NCBI GenBank assembly: GCA_947624495.1
Contig: CANQKP010000001.1
Coordinates: forward strand, 1 to 47,254
Reading direction: 5' to 3'
Length of the DNA stretch: 47,254 nt
Origin: an uncultured Monoglobus sp.
Lineage (GTDB): Bacteria > Bacillota > Clostridia > Monoglobales > Monoglobaceae
In this document: one piece after another, positions 42,967 through 47,254 of the stretch
How positions within the stretch are numbered: the stretch's first letter is position 1
How the letters are laid out: every line of letters starts with the position of its first letter
The notes under the pieces: generated by a model
What the model saw: the letters and a program-made list of their open reading frames with translations, nothing else
Databases searched by the model: none
What the model was told of the DNA's origin: nothing
Translations under genes and position numbers: made by a program

Positions 42967-44847
42967 TCAGCCTCTGTTTTTCAGCCATACCATAAGCACC
43001 GCTATGTCCGCCGGACTGACTCCGGAAATACGCGACGCCTGCCCCAGCGACGCGGGTCGGATCTCGCTCAGCTTCTGCCTTGCCTCAAGCCGCAGCCCTT
43101 CGATTGAGCCGTAATCGATCCCGTCTGGCATCTTTTTGCTCTCCATTTTCCGGAACTTGTCCGCCTGTTTTTTCTGGCGTTCGATATAGCCCTCGTACTT
43201 GACGCTGATCTCCACCTGCTCGCGCACGTCTGCCGGAATATCTTTTCCGCGTTTATCGTCGACCGCCGCCATGCCCTCATATGTGACAAGCGGGCGCTTA
43301 AGCAGCTCGTCGCCGCGGACACCGGTCTTTATCCGGGTCGAGCCGACGCTTTCAAGGTAGGCGTTCACTTCATCCGACGGCGGGAACACGGTATTTTTAA
43401 GCCGCCGTATCTCGTTCTCCACCATATCCTTTTTTTCAAGGAACTTCCCGTACCGCTCCTCAGAGATAAGTCCTATCTCATAGCCCTTCGGGGTCAGACG
43501 CATATCCGCGTTGTCCTGACGGAGCAGCAGACGGTACTCGCTGCGCGACGTCATCATACGGTAAGGCTCGTTTGTTCCCTTTGTTACAAGGTCGTCGATA
43601 AGGGTCCCGATATACGCCTCCGAGCGGTCCAAAATGAAAGGCTCTCTGCCGGACAGCTTGAGCGCCGCGTTGATCCCGGCGATAAGCCCCTGCGCCGCCG
43701 CTTCCTCGTAGCCCGATGTTCCGTTAAACTGACCCGCGCCGTACAGTCCGCCTATCTGCTTGAATTCCAGCGTGGGATAGAGCTGCAGCGGGTCGGCACA
43801 GTCATACTCTATTGCGTAGGCGCTGCGCATCACCTTGGCGTTTTTAAAGCCGGGCAGGGAGTGTATCATATCGATCTGCACTTCTTCGGGCATACTGCTG
43901 GAAAAGCCCTGAAGATAGATCTCCTCGGTCGAAAGTCCCATAGGCTCGACGAAAAGCTGGTGCCTTTCCTTGTCTTTAAACCGCACCACCTTGTCCTCGA
44001 TAGACGGGCAGTACCTTGGACCTATTCCGGTTATGCCGCCGCTGCCGTATATCGGCGAACGGTCTAAGTTTTCGTTTATTATTCTGTGAGTCTCGCTTCC
44101 CGTGTAGGTTATATGGCAGGAGATCTTGTTCTCAAGCGTCTTTGAATCGGTCTCAAACGAGAACGGCGTTATCTCCTCATCGCCGAGCTGCTCCTCAAGC
44201 TCCGAAAAATCTATGCTGCGGCGGTTGATCCGCGGCGGCGTTCCGGTCTTGAACCTGCGCAGCTTCACGCCGATCCGCTCAAGATTTTTCGAAAGCTCCC
44301 GCGCCGGAAAAACGCCGTCGGGTCCGCTCTCTTCCGAGTATTCTCCGATTATGATCCTTGACTTAAGGTATGTGCCGGTGCAGACTATCGCCGCCCGGCA
44401 GATAAATTCCGCGCCCGACGCGGTGACTGCCGAGCGGACGCAGCCGTCCCCGCCGAGACGGATATCCACGATCTCGCCCTGACGCAGATCCAGACCCGGC
44501 TCAAGCTCCAGCCTGTGCTTCATGTCCGCCTTATATCGCACACGGTCGATCTGCGCGCGCAGGGAATGCACCGCCGGTCCCTTGCCGCGGTTCAGAATTC
44601 GGGACTGTATCAGAGAGGCGTCGGCAGCCTTGCCCATTTCACCGCCCAGTGCGTCGATCTCGCGCACAAGATGACCCTTGGCTGTGCCGCCGATGCTTGG
44701 GTTGCAGGGCAGGTTTGCCACCGAGTCAAGACTTATGGCGAATATGCAGGTTTTCATTCCGAGACGCGCAGAGGCGAGGGCGGCCTCTATTCCCGCATGA
44801 CCGCCCCCTATAACTATCACGTCATATTTGTCTTTTGATGTAAACAA
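42967..44847 (-). CDS. mnmG: tRNA uridine 5-carboxymethylaminomethyl modification enzyme
   Basis: [50 protein letters not shown]. Confidence 0.97.
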   Translation of the reverse strand: MFTSKDKYDVIVIGGGHAGIEAALASARLGMKTCIFAISLDSVANLPCNPSIGGTAKGHLVREIDALGGEMGKAADASLIQSRILNRGKGPAVHSLRAQIDRVRYKADMKHRLELEPGLDLRQGEIVDIRLGGDGCVRSAVTASGAEFICRAAIVCTGTYLKSRIIIGEYSEESGPDGVFPARELSKNLERIGVKLRRFKTGTPPRINRRSIDFSELEEQLGDEEITPFSFETDSKTLENKISCHITYTGSETHRIINENLDRSPIYGSGGITGIGPRYCPSIEDKVVRFKDKERHQLFVEPMGLSTEEIYLQGFSSSMPEEVQIDMIHSLPGFKNAKVMRSAYAIEYDCADPLQLYPTLEFKQIGGLYGAGQFNGTSGYEEAAAQGLIAGINAALKLSGREPFILDRSEAYIGTLIDDLVTKGTNEPYRMMTSRSEYRLLLRQDNADMRLTPKGYEIGLISEERYGKFLEKKDMVENEIRRLKNTVFPPSDEVNAYLESVGSTRIKTGVRGDELLKRPLVTYEGMAAVDDKRGKDIPADVREQVEISVKYEGYIERQKKQADKFRKMESKKMPDGIDYGSIEGLRLEARQKLSEIRPASLGQASRISGVSPADIAVLMVWLKNRG

Positions 44848-44864
44848 TTTATCAACTCCGGATA

Positions 44865-46538
44865 TCAGAACAGTCCGACAATTGTGCCGTCGCTGTCTAT
44901 ACTCATGTTATTTGCCGCAGGTACCTTGGGAAGTCCCGGCATTGTCATTACCGCGCCGGTAAGCGCAACCAGAAATCCCGCTCCGCTGGACACTGTTATC
45001 TCGCGAATAGTGATCGAGAAGCCTTCGGGTCTGCCCAAAAGATGCGGATCGTCCGAAAGCGAATACTGAGTCTTTGCCATGCAAACGGGCAGTTTGTCGT
45101 AGCCCAGCTTGGTGAGGTTTACGATTTGAGTGTTCGCAGCACTTGTGTAATTAACTCCGTCCGCTCCGTAGATCTCGCGCGCAATGATCTCGATCTTCTC
45201 CTTGATCGGCAGTGCGGCATTGTAAATCGGGCTGAAGTCCGCAGGCTCGCTTTCGATTGTTTGGATAACCGCCTCTGCAAGCTCTATACCGCCGTCGCCG
45301 CCCTTTGCGAACACCTCGCACATTGAGCATTTCACTCCGAGGGACGCGCAGTATTCCTGTATGTAATCAAGCTCCGCGTCAGTGTCGGTGTCAAACCTGT
45401 TGATAGCCACAACCACCGGAACTCCGTACTTCTTCATGTTCTCGATATGCTTGCCAAGATTAACGATACCCTCCTTGAGCGCGTCAAGGTTTTCATTCTT
45501 GAGCATATCTTTTGAAACTCTGCCGCTGTTGTACTTAAGCGCCTTGGCGGTAGCCACAAGAACGACACAGTCGGGGCTGATGCCCGCGGCGCGGCATTTT
45601 ATGTCCATAAACTTCTCGGCGCCGAGATCGCTGCCGAAGCCCGCCTCGGTTATGCAGTAGTCCGCCAGCTTAAGTCCCGCTTTGGTGGCGCGGATCGAGT
45701 TGCAGCCATGGGCAATGTTGGCAAACGGTCCGCCGTGCATAAGGCAGGGCGTGTTTTCAAGAGTCTGGACCAAATTCGGCTTTAGCGCGTCATGAAGCAG
45801 CAGGGTCATCGCGCCGTCCACCTTAAGCTCGCCCGCGGTCACGGGTCCGCCGTCAAGATTGTATCCGACAACAATGCGGCTTATGCGCAGACGCAGGTCG
45901 TCAAGATCATCCGCAAGGCAGAGTATAGCCATGATCTCGCTGGCGACTGTTATGTTAAATCCGTCCTGTCTCGGAAAACCGTTTATCTTTCCGCCTAAAC
46001 CCACGATAACCTCGCGCAGAGCGCGGTCGTTCATATCCATGCACCGTTTCCATGTTATGCGGCGCGCGTCGATATTAAGCTCATTGCCCTGATGAATATG
46101 GTTGTCGATTGCCGCCGAAAGCAGATTGTTCGCGGCGGTGATCGCGTGCATATCGCCGGTAAAGTGCAGGTTTATATCCTCCATCGGCACTACCTGAGCA
46201 TAGCCGCCGCCTGCCGCGCCGCCCTTGATGCCCATTACCGGACCCATTGACGGCTCGCGCAATGCGATGATCGTCTTTTTCCCAAGCTTTGGCATCGCCT
46301 CGCCCAAGCCCACGGTCACCGTTGTCTTGCCCTCTCCCGCAGGGGTCGGGTTGATGGCGGTGACCAAGATCAGTTTGCCGTCCGGCTTGTCCTCAAGGGA
46401 TTTGAGATATTCTTCGCTTATCTTTGCCTTATATTTTCCGTAAAGCTCAATATCGTCCGCAGTCATGCCGAGACCCGCGGCAATGTCGGTTATCGGCAGC
46501 ATATTCGCGCTTTGAGCAATTTCAATATCCGTTTTCAT
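44865..46538 (-). CDS. fhs: Formate-tetrahydrofolate ligase
   Basis: [46 protein letters not shown]; GAGG RBS. Confidence 0.97.
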   Translation of the reverse strand: MKTDIEIAQSANMLPITDIAAGLGMTADDIELYGKYKAKISEEYLKSLEDKPDGKLILVTAINPTPAGEGKTTVTVGLGEAMPKLGKKTIIALREPSMGPVMGIKGGAAGGGYAQVVPMEDINLHFTGDMHAITAANNLLSAAIDNHIHQGNELNIDARRITWKRCMDMNDRALREVIVGLGGKINGFPRQDGFNITVASEIMAILCLADDLDDLRLRISRIVVGYNLDGGPVTAGELKVDGAMTLLLHDALKPNLVQTLENTPCLMHGGPFANIAHGCNSIRATKAGLKLADYCITEAGFGSDLGAEKFMDIKCRAAGISPDCVVLVATAKALKYNSGRVSKDMLKNENLDALKEGIVNLGKHIENMKKYGVPVVVAINRFDTDTDAELDYIQEYCASLGVKCSMCEVFAKGGDGGIELAEAVIQTIESEPADFSPIYNAALPIKEKIEIIAREIYGADGVNYTSAANTQIVNLTKLGYDKLPVCMAKTQYSLSDDPHLLGRPEGFSITIREITVSSGAGFLVALTGAVMTMPGLPKVPAANNMSIDSDGTIVGLF

Positions 46539-46601
46539 TATGCTTCCTCCTCTTTGGCAACCTTGGTAAACCACAGTTGTTTTTAGTTATTCCTTATTGA
46601 G

Positions 46602-46630
46602 ATGATACCACAGATTGAAGAATATGTAAA
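46602..46630 (-). promoter_or_regulatory. SigA promoter for fhs-mnmG
   Basis: TTTACA-17-TATCAT with extended TG. Confidence 0.55.
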
Positions 46631-46651
46631 TCTTTTTTTAAAAAATTTTTT

Positions 46652-46678
46652 CACCAAACGGCGCTTTCGTCATAATAT
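46652..46678 (+). promoter_or_regulatory. Possible mother-cell (SigK/SigE-type) promoter
   Basis: CACC-15bp-CATAATAT approximates the mACm...CATAnnnT pattern. Confidence 0.35.
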
Positions 46679-46709
46679 ACAGTGAAAACAGTTTAGGAGG
46701 TGCTTTTAC

Positions 46710-46817
46710 ATGAACGGATGCTTCGGAGGTAATAACAACGGGTGCCTGTGGATTATCATTCTGATAATTCTCATTTGCTGCTGCTGCGGCGGGGACAACA
46801 ATAACTGCTGCGGCTAA
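46710..46817 (+). CDS. 35 aa Cys/Gly/Asn-rich single-TM micro-protein (missing from the ORF track)
   Basis: AGGAGGT RBS; MNGCFGGNNNGCLWIIILIILICCCCGGDNNNCCG; paralogous to the next ORF. Confidence 0.85.
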   Translation: MNGCFGGNNNGCLWIIILIILICCCCGGDNNNCCG

Positions 46818-46933
46818 ACCGCGGAATACTTAACAATATGTGTGGCGGTATGCGGCATATTCTTACATATCAAATAGGGCTATGCCTCATACCGCCATGC
46901 AACACAAGACTTATCAAAGGAGGTGCGAAGCGT

Positions 46934-47050
46934 ATGTTCGGTAACGGATGCGGCGGAAACAACTGCCTGTGGATAATTATTCTCATAATCCTTATAAGCT
47001 GCTGCTGCGGCGATAACAACAACGACAACGGCTGCGGCTGCGGCTGCTGA
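46934..47050 (+). CDS. 38 aa Cys/Gly/Asn-rich single-TM micro-protein
   Basis: AAGGAGGT RBS; MFGNGCGGNNCLWIIILIILISCCCGDNNNDNGCGCGC. Confidence 0.85.
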   Translation: MFGNGCGGNNCLWIIILIILISCCCGDNNNDNGCGCGC

Positions 47051-47059
47051 TAAACCCAA

Positions 47060-47086
47060 AAAGAGAGCGGAAAAACCGCTCTCTTT
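47060..47086 (+). terminator. Intrinsic terminator
   Basis: AAAGAGAGCGG-AAAAA-CCGCTCTCTTT. Confidence 0.85.
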
Positions 47087-47148
47087 GATTTTATTTAAAT
47101 TTAAACCTTGAAGGTTTTATATACATACCGGTTAGAACAGGGACAACG

Positions 47149-47176
47149 TAGGGACTAGTGATTAGGAACTAGGGAC
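47149..47176 (+). repeat. Short heptamer tandem repeat
   Basis: TAGGGAC TAGTGAT TAGGAAC TAGGGAC. Confidence 0.6.
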
Positions 47177-47254
47177 TACGCGATGTAAAACAGTGCGCAA
47201 ATATTACCCTATCCCCGCGTTCGTTGGGAGGAATAGGCTCCCCTTCATTTATGA

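Noticed and set aside
46540-46600. THF or ZTP riboswitch upstream of fhs
   Set aside because: The predicted leader is only ~55 nt and lacks recognisable aptamer motifs.
46843-46897. Invertible promoter switch
   Set aside because: Only ~21 bp lie between the inverted repeats and there is no recombinase; an RNA hairpin is more plausible.

Overview
47 kb of a spore-forming Firmicutes (Clostridia-like) chromosome, mostly encoded on the minus strand. Housekeeping genes: apbE, an amidohydrolase, speD with an Arg/Lys/Orn decarboxylase, nadE, mtaB, ppx, mgtE, ppk1, mnmG and fhs. A ~15 kb Wzx/Wzy-type polysaccharide locus has no BY-kinase; it carries a co-polymerase-like protein fused to a degenerate GGDEF domain, a stand-alone Hpt protein and a metallophosphoesterase. 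Next to it lie an LCP gene and three secreted 'copper amine oxidase N-terminal (stalk)' proteins. Two AT-rich cassettes each pair a type II toxin-antitoxin module with a secreted or surface protein. Both surface-protein genes sit behind a related ~170-200 nt promoter-to-terminator structured leader that I cannot assign to a known family. One cassette (hicAB, XRE, LRR protein) is flanked by a perfect 43 bp direct repeat equal to the 3' end of a candidate anti-SD sRNA. There are two further candidate ncRNAs and two tandem Cys/Gly-rich micro-ORFs. All calls come from reading the sequence by eye; no searches or folding programs were run.
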